In this document: piece by piece, positions 29,556-40,095 of the stretch
How the letters are laid out: each line of letters opens with the position of its first letter
Numbering within the stretch: position 1 is the stretch's first letter
NCBI GenBank assembly: GCA_050248855.1
Contig: JBFWRP010000014.1
Location: forward strand, 1-60,896
Source of the DNA: Planctomycetota bacterium
GTDB lineage: Bacteria; Planctomycetota; PLA2; JAEUHO01
Direction: 5' to 3'
Length of the DNA stretch: 60,896 nt
The notes under the pieces: model-generated
What the model was told of the DNA's origin: nothing
Databases searched by the model: none
What the model saw: only the letters and a program-made list of their open reading frames with translations
Position numbers and translations under genes: made by a program

Positions 29556-31634
29556 CTACTTGTCTGCAGTCGAGCGGCTCACCACGATGCGCAAGCGCTC
29601 GCGGCCGCCTTCGGGGGCCTCGATCTCGGCCTGGCCGACGCGGTCGCCGCCGGCGCGGGCCTTGACGACGACCTTGCCCGGGTAGAGGCCGCGCAGCGTG
29701 CGGCGGCCGCGCGCGTCGACGTAGGGGTCGATGCGCTGGCGCGAGCCTTGGAGGTCGAGCCACGGAAGCCCCGAAGCCTGCTCCACGGAGAGCTCGGCGA
29801 AGGGCACCTCGCGACCCAGCTCGTCGACCACCGTCACGTCGAGCGTGAGCGGCGCCGGGATGTCGACGGTCACCTTGCGGCGCTCGCCGGGCTCGATGTC
29901 CTTGACCTCGACCGACACGGTCGGCCCGGCGCCATCGACCCGAATCCTCGTCGTGCCCGGCTGGACGTCGTCGAAGCGCACGGCGCCACGGCCGTCGAGG
30001 CGCTCGAGGCGATCGCCCAGCAGGACGATCGCATCCCGGAGCCCATGACCCGGTGCGGCGTTCACCGTGACCAAGACGCTGGCGGGCGCCGGGGGCTCGC
30101 CCTGCGGCTCGGCGACCCTGACCCCGACGGGCTCCGTCATCGTGAGGTTGCGCACCAAGGGGATCGAGTGCAGCACCAGACGACTGTGGGCGTTCTCCAC
30201 CCGACCCACGCTGACGATCTTCAGCGTGGTCCACGCGCCATCGAAGTCGAGCGGACTTGTCGCGCAGTGGAGATCGGCCGCGAGACGCTCCCCAACAACA
30301 TCCGAGAGGCGCACGACATGGGTCCGCCAGGTGGCCTCTGCTGCTTGGGCGATCACGATGAGGTCGGCCCCTGGAACGTGAGGGATGCCCCGCAGCGCGA
30401 ACACACCACCTCCGAGCGGCTCGGTGCGGCTACCCTCGACCGCCTCGCCGCCGACCGAGGTGGTAGTGACCTTCAGGGAAGCGTCGTCGGCCAGCCGATC
30501 GGGCAGGTACACGCGCACGTCGGCCTCGGGCCAGACAGGGACCTCCGCGACCAGCTCACGTGCCGCCGGCGAGATCATGGGGACGCGGAAGGTCGCGCGG
30601 CTTGCCAAGAGCCCCGCCGCTTCGGAGGCTTCCGTACGCACGGTCACCTCGGCGGTACCGCCGCCCGGCTGCAGCAGCGACCACGTGGGAACGCCGTCGG
30701 CCTTCGCCAAGTCCGCATACGACAGACTAACGGCCTGGAGGACGTCGTCGCGCTCCGTGCCCGAGTCCACGTCGATCGGCCGGATGGAGATGGGCAGGCC
30801 CGTCGTCTGCTGCAGCATGACCTCGGGCCCGCGCACCACGACCCGAGGCGCTTCGTTCACGGCCCGCGTCCAGCCACTGCCCACGCGCCCGTTGCCGGAC
30901 TGCGACCCGGAGCGAACCACCTGGCGCAGGTTCTTGATGATGGCGTCGCGCGTGGGCTCGGGGTCGCCCTCGGGTGAAGCCGTGGAATCGTCCTTCTCGT
31001 CCGCCGCGGGCATGACCTCACCCGTGACCTCGAACGCGACGCTCGCCGCCAGGTCTCCTTCGTTCGCGCCAGCCAGCGTCAAGAGTGCGTCGGACGTGCT
31101 TCCACGGATCGTTACACGCTGGATCCCGTAGTAGGAGCCCGTCGTCCAAACAGGCTGACCCGACGCCAGCTCCACGACATGGGAGCCGTCCAGGGGTACG
31201 GACCCGAAGCGCGCTTCGCCGCGCTCGTCGGCAATGGCCATCTGCTGGTTGCCGGTGATCAGGAAGGTGCCCTGCGCGGGGTCTCCAACCGGCGTGGGAC
31301 TGCAGCGGACACGCGCACCCGGTAGCGGGCTGCCGTCGGGTGCCAGGCAGCGCACGAGCAGCGGTTCGCCGCGCGGCGGCTGGGCCTCGGCGCCCGGGTC
31401 GTGCGTGGCGTCCGATCCCGTGCCGATCAACCCGGGTCCCGTCGCCGGGTCGTCACGCGTGCCGTCCAGCGGCCTCGCCAGCAGCGCGGCGTCGACGTGC
31501 GCCGTGGAGCTCACGTCCGCGGCGAAGAGGCCGCTGCTGGCCGCGAGCCACGCGACGCAGCCGAGCGCCGCCACCACGAGCAGGACGGCCAGTCGGGAGC
31601 GTCCAGCCGCCCGCGGGCCCGTGTTGCTCGTCAT
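29556..31634 (-). CDS. Membrane-anchored protein with carboxypeptidase-regulatory-like domains (paralogue 1)
   Basis: GGAGG RBS; N-terminal TM; VRCLAPDGSPLPGA, LDVTVVDELGREVPFA, RFDDVQPG motifs. Confidence 0.75.
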   Translation of the reverse strand: MTSNTGPRAAGRSRLAVLLVVAALGCVAWLAASSGLFAADVSSTAHVDAALLARPLDGTRDDPATGPGLIGTGSDATHDPGAEAQPPRGEPLLVRCLAPDGSPLPGARVRCSPTPVGDPAQGTFLITGNQQMAIADERGEARFGSVPLDGSHVVELASGQPVWTTGSYYGIQRVTIRGSTSDALLTLAGANEGDLAASVAFEVTGEVMPAADEKDDSTASPEGDPEPTRDAIIKNLRQVVRSGSQSGNGRVGSGWTRAVNEAPRVVVRGPEVMLQQTTGLPISIRPIDVDSGTERDDVLQAVSLSYADLAKADGVPTWSLLQPGGGTAEVTVRTEASEAAGLLASRATFRVPMISPAARELVAEVPVWPEADVRVYLPDRLADDASLKVTTTSVGGEAVEGSRTEPLGGGVFALRGIPHVPGADLIVIAQAAEATWRTHVVRLSDVVGERLAADLHCATSPLDFDGAWTTLKIVSVGRVENAHSRLVLHSIPLVRNLTMTEPVGVRVAEPQGEPPAPASVLVTVNAAPGHGLRDAIVLLGDRLERLDGRGAVRFDDVQPGTTRIRVDGAGPTVSVEVKDIEPGERRKVTVDIPAPLTLDVTVVDELGREVPFAELSVEQASGLPWLDLQGSRQRIDPYVDARGRRTLRGLYPGKVVVKARAGGDRVGQAEIEAPEGGRERLRIVVSRSTADK

Positions 31635-31695
31635 GTCGCTGCCTCCCCGCGAAGCCCACCCCGCCTACCCAGGGTTCCCCGGAGGACCGGGCCCG

Positions 31696-31890
31696 TCAAC
31701 GGCCCTTGGCGATCAGCTTGCGGCCGCGGAGCAGGCCTTCGAGGACGCCGAAGAGGGCGAGGAAGGTGAGGACCTCGAGGGCGAGGTTCTTCCAGATGCC
31801 CGTGTTCTCGCTCCAGATCGCCCGCGCCAGGATGTAGGCGGCCGAGGCGCAGATCACGTCGATGAGGCGCGACTTCCAGGCGATCTTCAT
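31696..31890 (-). CDS. Small 64-aa membrane protein
   Basis: Two hydrophobic segments, GC-rich third positions, fills the gap between genes. Confidence 0.6.
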   Translation of the reverse strand: MKIAWKSRLIDVICASAAYILARAIWSENTGIWKNLALEVLTFLALFGVLEGLLRGRKLIAKGR

Positions 31891-32099
31891 GGCCGCATGG
31901 TCACCGACCGGGGAGCGGCGGGGAAGGCCGGACCTCGGCCCGCCCGCCCAGGCTGCACGCGGCGTGGGTGGGAGCCCGTGGCCCCGGCTCGCGGTCCGGG
32001 GGAGGGCCGGTACAACCCCCGGTTCGGCTCCGCGTTCGCGCGGCGTCCCGCTCCCCCCCTGGCCGGCCCCGGCTGGCCCCCACGCTCCCCGAGGATGCC

Positions 32100-33776
<1,677 letters not shown>

Positions 33777-33884
33777 CAGCAAGCAGGCGGCACTTCCGTC
33801 CGCGACGTGCCCAAGCCCGGTACCGCGTCTCCGCCTCCTACCGCGCCTCCTCGCCCCGGCGTCGACCTGCGCCTCGGGCGCCGC

Positions 33885-34664
33885 CTACGACGGCGGGAAG
33901 AACGACGCGGCCGAGAAGCCGCCGTCCAGCGGCAGCACGACGCCGTTGATCCAGCCCGCTTCGGGCCCGGCGAGGAAGGCCACGGCCGCGGCGACCTCGG
34001 CGGGCGTACCCAGGCGGCCCGCCGGCGTCGCGTCGAGCACCGCCTGCCGGAAGGCAGGACGTGCCAAGACCCCTTCGGTCAGCGGCGTGGGCACGTACCA
34101 GGGGGCCACCACGTTGACCGTGATGCCCAAGGGCCCCCACTCGCGGGCCAGCACGCGCGTCATCTGCTCGAGCCCGGCCTTGGCGCTGGCGTAGGCCACG
34201 CCGGTGGGCAGCGCACGCGAGGCCGCGACGCTGCCGATGTTCACGATGCGACCGAATCCCTGCGCGCGCATGGGAACGGCCACCTGCTGCGCGAGATGGA
34301 ACGGCGCGACCAAGAGCAGTCGGAGCAGCTGCTCGAACGTCCCGAGGTCGACGTCCTCGGCGGGTTGCCGGATGTTGTGGCCCGCGTTGTTCACGAGCAC
34401 GTCGAGCCGCCCGTGGCGCTCGCAGATGCCCGCGACGGCGTGCTCGACGCCTTCGCGGTCCGTCACGTCCAGGACCACGGTGTCGGCCCGACCGCCGGCC
34501 GCGCGGATGGCTTGCGCCGCGGCCTCGAGCTCGTCGGCTCGTCGCGCGGCGAGGACGACGTGGTCGCCGTCCGCCGCGAGTCGTTCCGCGATCGCCCGAC
34601 CGAGGCCGCCCGAGGCGCCCGTCACCAGCGCGATGCGCGGGCCGTCGCCCGTCGGAGGGCTCAC
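33885..34664 (-). CDS. SDR family oxidoreductase
   Basis: TGASGGLG, NNAG, YASAK; GTG start overlaps the upstream stop (GTGA). Confidence 0.93.
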   Translation of the reverse strand: MSPPTGDGPRIALVTGASGGLGRAIAERLAADGDHVVLAARRADELEAAAQAIRAAGGRADTVVLDVTDREGVEHAVAGICERHGRLDVLVNNAGHNIRQPAEDVDLGTFEQLLRLLLVAPFHLAQQVAVPMRAQGFGRIVNIGSVAASRALPTGVAYASAKAGLEQMTRVLAREWGPLGITVNVVAPWYVPTPLTEGVLARPAFRQAVLDATPAGRLGTPAEVAAAVAFLAGPEAGWINGVVLPLDGGFSAASFFPPS

Positions 34665-35008
34665 TTCTTCTCGAGATGCGAGATGCTGAAGTTCCGCTTG
34701 GTGGAGCCGGCGCCTGGCGAAATCGTCGGCACGCGGCCCTCGAGCCGGCGGTCTTGGACGGGACGCACCTCCGCCTCGACGGCGACGATCACGTCGTCTG
34801 CCTCCGCGACGCGGGCCACGATGTCGTTGACCTGGCGAAGCATGTCCTGCGTGTAGACGCTGCCGGTCACCTTGGCGCGACCCAGCTCGACCTCGACCTT
34901 GAGCTTCTTCTGTCCGTTCAGGACCGGGTGGGCCAGGAAGGCGCGCTGCAGGCGCGAGGCCAGCGGGTGCTGGGCGACGAGATCCTCGTTCGGCGCGGCG
35001 TCGGACAT
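34661..35008 (-). CDS. BON-domain-like small protein
   Basis: LKVEVELGRAKVTGSV pattern; GGAGG RBS; coupled to the SDR gene. Confidence 0.65.
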   Translation of the reverse strand: MSDAAPNEDLVAQHPLASRLQRAFLAHPVLNGQKKLKVEVELGRAKVTGSVYTQDMLRQVNDIVARVAEADDVIVAVEAEVRPVQDRRLEGRVPTISPGAGSTKRNFSISHLEKK

Positions 35009-35079
35009 GGGGCCTCCCGGTCGATGGCGACGCGGCGAGGATACGGGGATGCGCGAGACCCCGGAACGCCGGCCCGGGG

Positions 35080-36072
35080 TCAGCGGACCCGGGCCGTGGC
35101 GCCGCCGGGGAGCTCGAACGCCGTGGCGTCCTCGGGCTCGGCGGTGCGTACGAGCCCCAAGGCCACGACGCGCCCGTCGGGCAGCGCAGCGACCGACGAC
35201 AGCGCCCCGACCGCGCGCCCCTCGCGCGCCAGCGCCGCTCCCGCCGCCGGCAGGTCGTCAAGCGCCACGTCCTCGAGCTTCAGGGCCACGAGGCGGTGCG
35301 GGGGCTTGCCCCGGTGACGGGCCATGACGACCGGCTCCTGGCCCGGGTAGCAGCCCTTGGTCCACGAGACGGCGTCCTCCGGTCCCGCCTCGTTGAACAA
35401 GCGCTCGGGGCCGAGCTCCGCGCCCAGCCGCGGGATGCGATGCAGCACCCGCCAGGCCTCGACGGCCCCGCCTCCGACAGGGGTGGCCAGGGCTTCGTCA
35501 TCCAGGCGCTCGAGCAGTCGCTCGACGCTGTCCAGCGCGCCGAGTCCCTCGAAGGCCAGCGTGTCGCCCTGCCGCGTGCCCAGCCACGCCACGCCCTCGG
35601 CTCCGGCCAGGTGCCCGACCTCCGGGGGCACGATGCCCAGGACGGACAGGGCAGCGTGGGATCCGGGCCCGGCAAGGAGCAGACGGACGTGGTCGGGGCG
35701 ACGGTCGTGGAAGGTCACGTCGTCGGCGATCACGTAGCGCTCGAGGACGGGGCGCGCCAGCTCTTCGCTCCCCGCCGCGCCGCTCAGCCAGAGACCCGAC
35801 ACGCGATGCCAGACACGCAGGTCACCGAGCACGCGGCCCCGCACGTCGAGCAGGCAGGCGTGGACTCCCTGACCGCGCGGCAGGCTCGCGAGGTCCTGCG
35901 TGAGCATGCGGTGCAGGTAGCTCGCCGCATCCGCGCCGCCGATCTCCAGCACCATCTCGTCCGGGCGCAGCGCGATGCCCGCGCCGGACTCCAAGGCGGC
36001 GAAGCCGTCGGCGAAAGGCACCGCGGCCCGCGAAGCACGCGCCAGGAGACGATCGCGCGCCTCGAGGCTCAC
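35080..36072 (-). CDS. YgfZ/GcvT-family folate-binding protein
   Basis: GADAASYLHRMLTQD and signature KGCYPGQE; GTGA overlap with the upstream gene. Confidence 0.9.
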   Translation of the reverse strand: MSLEARDRLLARASRAAVPFADGFAALESGAGIALRPDEMVLEIGGADAASYLHRMLTQDLASLPRGQGVHACLLDVRGRVLGDLRVWHRVSGLWLSGAAGSEELARPVLERYVIADDVTFHDRRPDHVRLLLAGPGSHAALSVLGIVPPEVGHLAGAEGVAWLGTRQGDTLAFEGLGALDSVERLLERLDDEALATPVGGGAVEAWRVLHRIPRLGAELGPERLFNEAGPEDAVSWTKGCYPGQEPVVMARHRGKPPHRLVALKLEDVALDDLPAAGAALAREGRAVGALSSVAALPDGRVVALGLVRTAEPEDATAFELPGGATARVR

Positions 36073-36620
36073 GTGCGAGGCCTCGGCACCCAGGTCACGT
36101 CGGGCACCCCGGCGCCCTGGTTGGCATGCCGGGCCTGCATGAACAGGAGGTCGGAGAGACGGTTGAGCCAGCGGATCGCCTCGGCGGGGACCTCCGAGAC
36201 CGCCGCGAGCGCCACCACGGAACGCTCCGCGCGACGGCACACCGTGCGCGCCATGTGGAGGCGCGACGCGGCCTCCGAGCCACCCGGGAGCACGAAGTGC
36301 TTGAGCGCGGGCAGGTCGGCGTCGAGCGCGTCGATGGCGTGTTCGAACGCCGTGATCTCCGTGTCGCCAGGGGGCGGCACGCCGGGATCCGTACCGGGCG
36401 CCGCCGCCAGCAGTGCACCGAGCCGGAAGCAGTCGTCCTGGGCGCGGGCGAGCACGTCGTCGATCGGACGCGAGAGACCCGCGGCGCGTGCCCACCCGAG
36501 GACCGCATTGAGCTCGTCGACATCGCCGTAGGCCGCAACGCGGATGTCGGCCTTGCTGACCCGCGCCCCCCCCAAGAGCCCCGTGGACCCGTCGTCGCCA
36601 CCTCGCGTGTAGATGCGCAT
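36069..36620 (-). CDS. PduO-type cob(I)alamin adenosyltransferase
   Basis: MRIYTRGGDDGST, AYGDVDELN, FVLPGG, ARTVCRRAER, WLNRLSDLLF. Confidence 0.95.
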   Translation of the reverse strand: MRIYTRGGDDGSTGLLGGARVSKADIRVAAYGDVDELNAVLGWARAAGLSRPIDDVLARAQDDCFRLGALLAAAPGTDPGVPPPGDTEITAFEHAIDALDADLPALKHFVLPGGSEAASRLHMARTVCRRAERSVVALAAVSEVPAEAIRWLNRLSDLLFMQARHANQGAGVPDVTWVPRPRT

Positions 36621-36663
36621 GGCGGGGATCCTACTCCGGCAGTCGGTCGCGCCCGCGGTGCAG

Positions 36664-37325
36664 GCGACCCCGGATGCGTCAGGACCCTTGTCGCGGCGCC
36701 GCGCAGCGGCAACGTGGGCAAGGTGCCTGACACGCAGGGGTCGCGGTACGCCGGCCAGCGAACCCGGATGTGTCAGGACCCTTGTCGCGGAGCGGCGCAG
36801 CCGCGACGTGGGCAAGGTGCCTGACACGTAGGGGTCGCGGTACGCCGGCCAGCGAACCCGGATGTGTCAGGACCCTTGCCGCGGCGCCGCGCAGCGGCAA
36901 CGTAGGCAAGGTGCCTGACACGTAGGGGTCGCGGTACGCCGGCCAGCGAACCCGGATGCGTCAGGACCCTTGTCGCGGCGCCGCGCAGCGGCAACGTGGG
37001 CAAGGTGCCTGCAATGGAAGGTGCCTGAACTCCGGGCTCGGACAGGACAGCCACGCTTCCATGGGAGGGGGTGCCGCGCGCATCGAGACGCGGTACGGAG
37101 ACGGGGATTTCTTCCGCAACTTGCCGCCCCGCGCTTCGGCATGCGGAAGTGCCCATCGGCAAGTTGCGGAAGAATTCCCCGCCTCCGTACGGGCTTTGCC
37201 GTCGGCATGAAGAACTGACACGTAGGGGTCGCGGTCGCCGGCCGGCGGACGTCGCACTTCGGTGTCTGACACCGTGCCCCCGTCGCTATCGCTCCGAGGC
37301 ACAGGTTCAGACACCTCCGCGCGCC
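36664..37325 (+). repeat. REP/BIME-like array 4: four module A copies at 94-nt period (36664, 36758, 36852, 36946), the fourth interrupted, then module B (37251-37325)
   Basis: Linker GGTACGCCGGCCA is identical between copies; the fourth unit breaks at 37011 and resumes at 37218. Confidence 0.92.
37093..37190. repeat. Hairpin element D, copy 2 (divergent), nested inside array 4
   Basis: Arms 37093-37126 and 37157-37190 match at 32/34 positions; 30-nt loop; GTACGGAG termini. Confidence 0.85.
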
Positions 37326-37470
37326 TCGCGATTCGCCGGCCGGCGCGCATCGCACTCTGGTGACTGCCCACTCCACGCTCGTTCCGCGCGGTCTCGGCGC
37401 GCCGGCCCTGGGCGCACGAATGGACCGCGGAGCGGGCGCGGGCAGAGTGACCCGACCTCCGGAGGCCGCC

Positions 37471-38670
37471 GTGCGCCGCTCCCCGCTGCTCCCGATCTTC
37501 CTCACCGTCGTCATCGACCTGATGGGGTTCGGCATCGTGTTGCCGTTGCTGCCGCTGTACGCCGACGAGCACGGCGCACCGGGCTGGGTGATCGGCCTGT
37601 TGTTCACGGCCTTCAGCGGCATGCAGTTCCTCACCGCACCGCTGTGGGGCCGCTGGAGCGATCGCATCGGCCGCCGCCCGGTGGTTCTGCTGGGCCTGGT
37701 CGGGTCGTTCCTCTCGTACCTGCTGTTCGGCCTGAGCGAGGTGCTGCCCAATGCCTTGGTGTGGTTGTTTGCCAGCCGCTTGGCCGCAGGCGTGTTCGGC
37801 GGCACGATCAGCACGGCCTACGCCTACATCGCCGACGTCACGAGCGACACCGAACGCGGCCGCGGCATGGCGCTGATCGGCATGGCCTTCGGCATCGGCT
37901 TCACGTTGGGGCCGGCCATCGGGGGCCTCGGCTACAACCTGCATCCGATGGCGCCGGGACTGATCGCGGCGGCCTTCTCCGCAGGCGCCTTCCTCTTCGC
38001 CTGGCGTCGCTTGGTGGAGCCCGAGCGCCGACGCCCGACCACGCGCGGCACGTGGTTCGACACGAGGGCCTTCGCCCGCGCCATGGGTCGACCGGGCATC
38101 GGCACGCTGCTGCTCGCCGTGTTCGTGACCGTGTCGTGCTTCGCGCTGATGGAGAGCACGCTCGGCCTCCTGGCCAAGCGCGTGTATGCGTTCGACATCC
38201 ACGAGGTCGGGTTGCTGTTCACCTACCTCGGCTTCTGGATCGCCCTGACGCAGGGCATGATCGTGCGTCGCCTGATGCCCAAGCTGGGCGAGGTGCGCTT
38301 GGCACGCATCGGCAGCGTGCTGCTGGCGGCCGGGCTCTTCCTGCTCTCGCTCGACCTCACCGTCGGCTACCTCGCCGCGGTCGCACCGATCAGCGTGCTC
38401 GGCTTCGGCATGGTCGTGCCGTCGGTCAACTCGCTGCTTTCACGCCGCACACCCGCGGACGAGCAGGGCGGCGTGATGGGCATCTCGCAGTCGCTGCAGA
38501 GCCTCGCGCGCATCGTGGGCCCCCTGGCGGGGCTCACGCTGTTCGACATGGCATGGCCGCTGCCCTTCCGCGTCGGAGCGGCGGGCATGGTCGCGGCGGC
38601 CCTGCTGGCGCTTGCGCTCAAGGCTCCGCCTGCCCCCGACGAACAAGTCGCGCCCGTGACCGAGGCGTGA
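37471..38670 (+). CDS. MFS transporter (TetA/DHA1-like)
   Basis: DLMGFGIVLPLLP, motif A GRWSDRIGRRPV, AYIAD, GFTLGPAIGG; GGAGG before GTG. Confidence 0.93.
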   Translation: MRRSPLLPIFLTVVIDLMGFGIVLPLLPLYADEHGAPGWVIGLLFTAFSGMQFLTAPLWGRWSDRIGRRPVVLLGLVGSFLSYLLFGLSEVLPNALVWLFASRLAAGVFGGTISTAYAYIADVTSDTERGRGMALIGMAFGIGFTLGPAIGGLGYNLHPMAPGLIAAAFSAGAFLFAWRRLVEPERRRPTTRGTWFDTRAFARAMGRPGIGTLLLAVFVTVSCFALMESTLGLLAKRVYAFDIHEVGLLFTYLGFWIALTQGMIVRRLMPKLGEVRLARIGSVLLAAGLFLLSLDLTVGYLAAVAPISVLGFGMVVPSVNSLLSRRTPADEQGGVMGISQSLQSLARIVGPLAGLTLFDMAWPLPFRVGAAGMVAAALLALALKAPPAPDEQVAPVTEA

Positions 38671-38715
38671 CCGCCGATTCCCACGCTGGTCTCCACGAGT
38701 CGGGAGATCGCGATC

Positions 38716-40050
38716 ATGTGGGGACTGCGAATGCGTCGAGTCGGGGGAATGGCGTCCCTGATCCTTGCGTGCGCCTCGAGTGTGTCGGCGGACGGAGGCG
38801 AGGGAGGTGCCCCGGCCGTGGGCGACGCAGGCCCGCTGCTCAGTGCCGCGACCTGGCTCAACACGGCGGATGAGTCCACCCCCCCGGACACGAAGGGCCG
38901 CGTCGTCCTCGTCGAGCTGTGGGGCACGTGGTGCGGACCGTGTGTCCGGTCGATGCCACGGATCCAAGGTCTGTGGGACCGCTATCGCGACCGCGGCTTG
39001 GTGGTCGTGGGCATCACGCGCGAGGAGGTGGGTCCCGTACGCCCGTTCATCGACGAGAAGGGCTACACGTTCCCGATCGGCTGCGACCCGACGCAGGAGT
39101 GCGTCAAGCGCTATGCACCTCGCAGCTGGCCCTCGACCTACGTGATCGACAAGGAAGGCCTCGTGGCCTACGTGGGCAGCCCGTACGGCGCCGAGGCTGC
39201 CGTGGAGAAGGCCCTCGGGCTCGAATCGGGTCCAGGGCCGTTGCTCGTGCATGTCCTGGATGCGTGGGCTGCGCCGGACGAGGCCGCCCGGCGGTCCTCG
39301 CTCGAGCGTCTCCTCGAGAAGGCGCCCTCCACGTTCGACGCCGGTGCGTGGGCGCGGGACCTCCTCGCCTCGGAAGCTTCGGATGCCGGCGCAAGCCCGG
39401 ACCAAGCCGACGCCGGGCCCCTCGTGGAGCAGCTGGCCAAAGCGTGGGGCGCGGACGACCCGGCCAAGCGGGCGCAGGTGCTCCAACGGCTGGCCGCGGG
39501 AACGGCGCCCTTCGACCTACGCGCATGGGCCGTGGAGCGCTTCGCCAAGGCGTTCCCGCTGAAGAAGGATGAGCTTGTCGAGCTGCTCTCGTCCAAACAG
39601 TACGCCCGTGTCCTGGACGCGCTGCTCGACCGCAGGCCCTCGTCCTCGGTGGTGAAGGTGGCTGCGAAGGACGAGGGATTGGCCGCGTTCGCGGGCAAGC
39701 TCGTCGACGACTGGCGGACGTTGGCCCGCAAGGCACTCATGGCTCACCACTACCTGCTGGGCGAGATCCGCTACGACCCCGAGAAGAACGACGAGTTCTG
39801 GCGCGACTTGTCCGTGAGTGGCATGGCCACGTCCGCGGATCGCAAGCAGATGGTCGGCGTCCTCATCGCGGGTGAGATGGTGAGCCAGGACAACGCATCG
39901 CAGTTTGCCGATCGCAAGCTGCAGCTTTGGGCCGTGGGCCGCGAGCTCGCGGCGGGCGAGACCCCGCGTCTGCCCGCGTGTGACAAGGAGGCGGCCAAGG
40001 AGCGCAAGCGGATCGAGGCCGAGCTGGAGCGGCGCTACCAGAAGAAGTAG
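38716..40050 (+). CDS. Exported TlpA-like thioredoxin-fold protein with long helical C-terminal extension
   Basis: KGRVVLVELWGTWCGPC, cis-Pro WPSTYVIDKEG; N-terminal signal-like segment. Confidence 0.88.
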   Translation: MWGLRMRRVGGMASLILACASSVSADGGEGGAPAVGDAGPLLSAATWLNTADESTPPDTKGRVVLVELWGTWCGPCVRSMPRIQGLWDRYRDRGLVVVGITREEVGPVRPFIDEKGYTFPIGCDPTQECVKRYAPRSWPSTYVIDKEGLVAYVGSPYGAEAAVEKALGLESGPGPLLVHVLDAWAAPDEAARRSSLERLLEKAPSTFDAGAWARDLLASEASDAGASPDQADAGPLVEQLAKAWGADDPAKRAQVLQRLAAGTAPFDLRAWAVERFAKAFPLKKDELVELLSSKQYARVLDALLDRRPSSSVVKVAAKDEGLAAFAGKLVDDWRTLARKALMAHHYLLGEIRYDPEKNDEFWRDLSVSGMATSADRKQMVGVLIAGEMVSQDNASQFADRKLQLWAVGRELAAGETPRLPACDKEAAKERKRIEAELERRYQKK

Positions 40051-40095
40051 CTGCCGCGGACGGCCCGGAGCCCCGGCGCAGGCACCGTCCGCGGG

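Noticed and set aside
36664..37011. CRISPR array interpretation of the regularly spaced module A repeats (also at 12391 and 19184)
   Set aside because: Units are ~81 nt, the intervening 13-nt linkers here are identical rather than unique spacers, copies are dispersed over several loci, and no cas genes are present.
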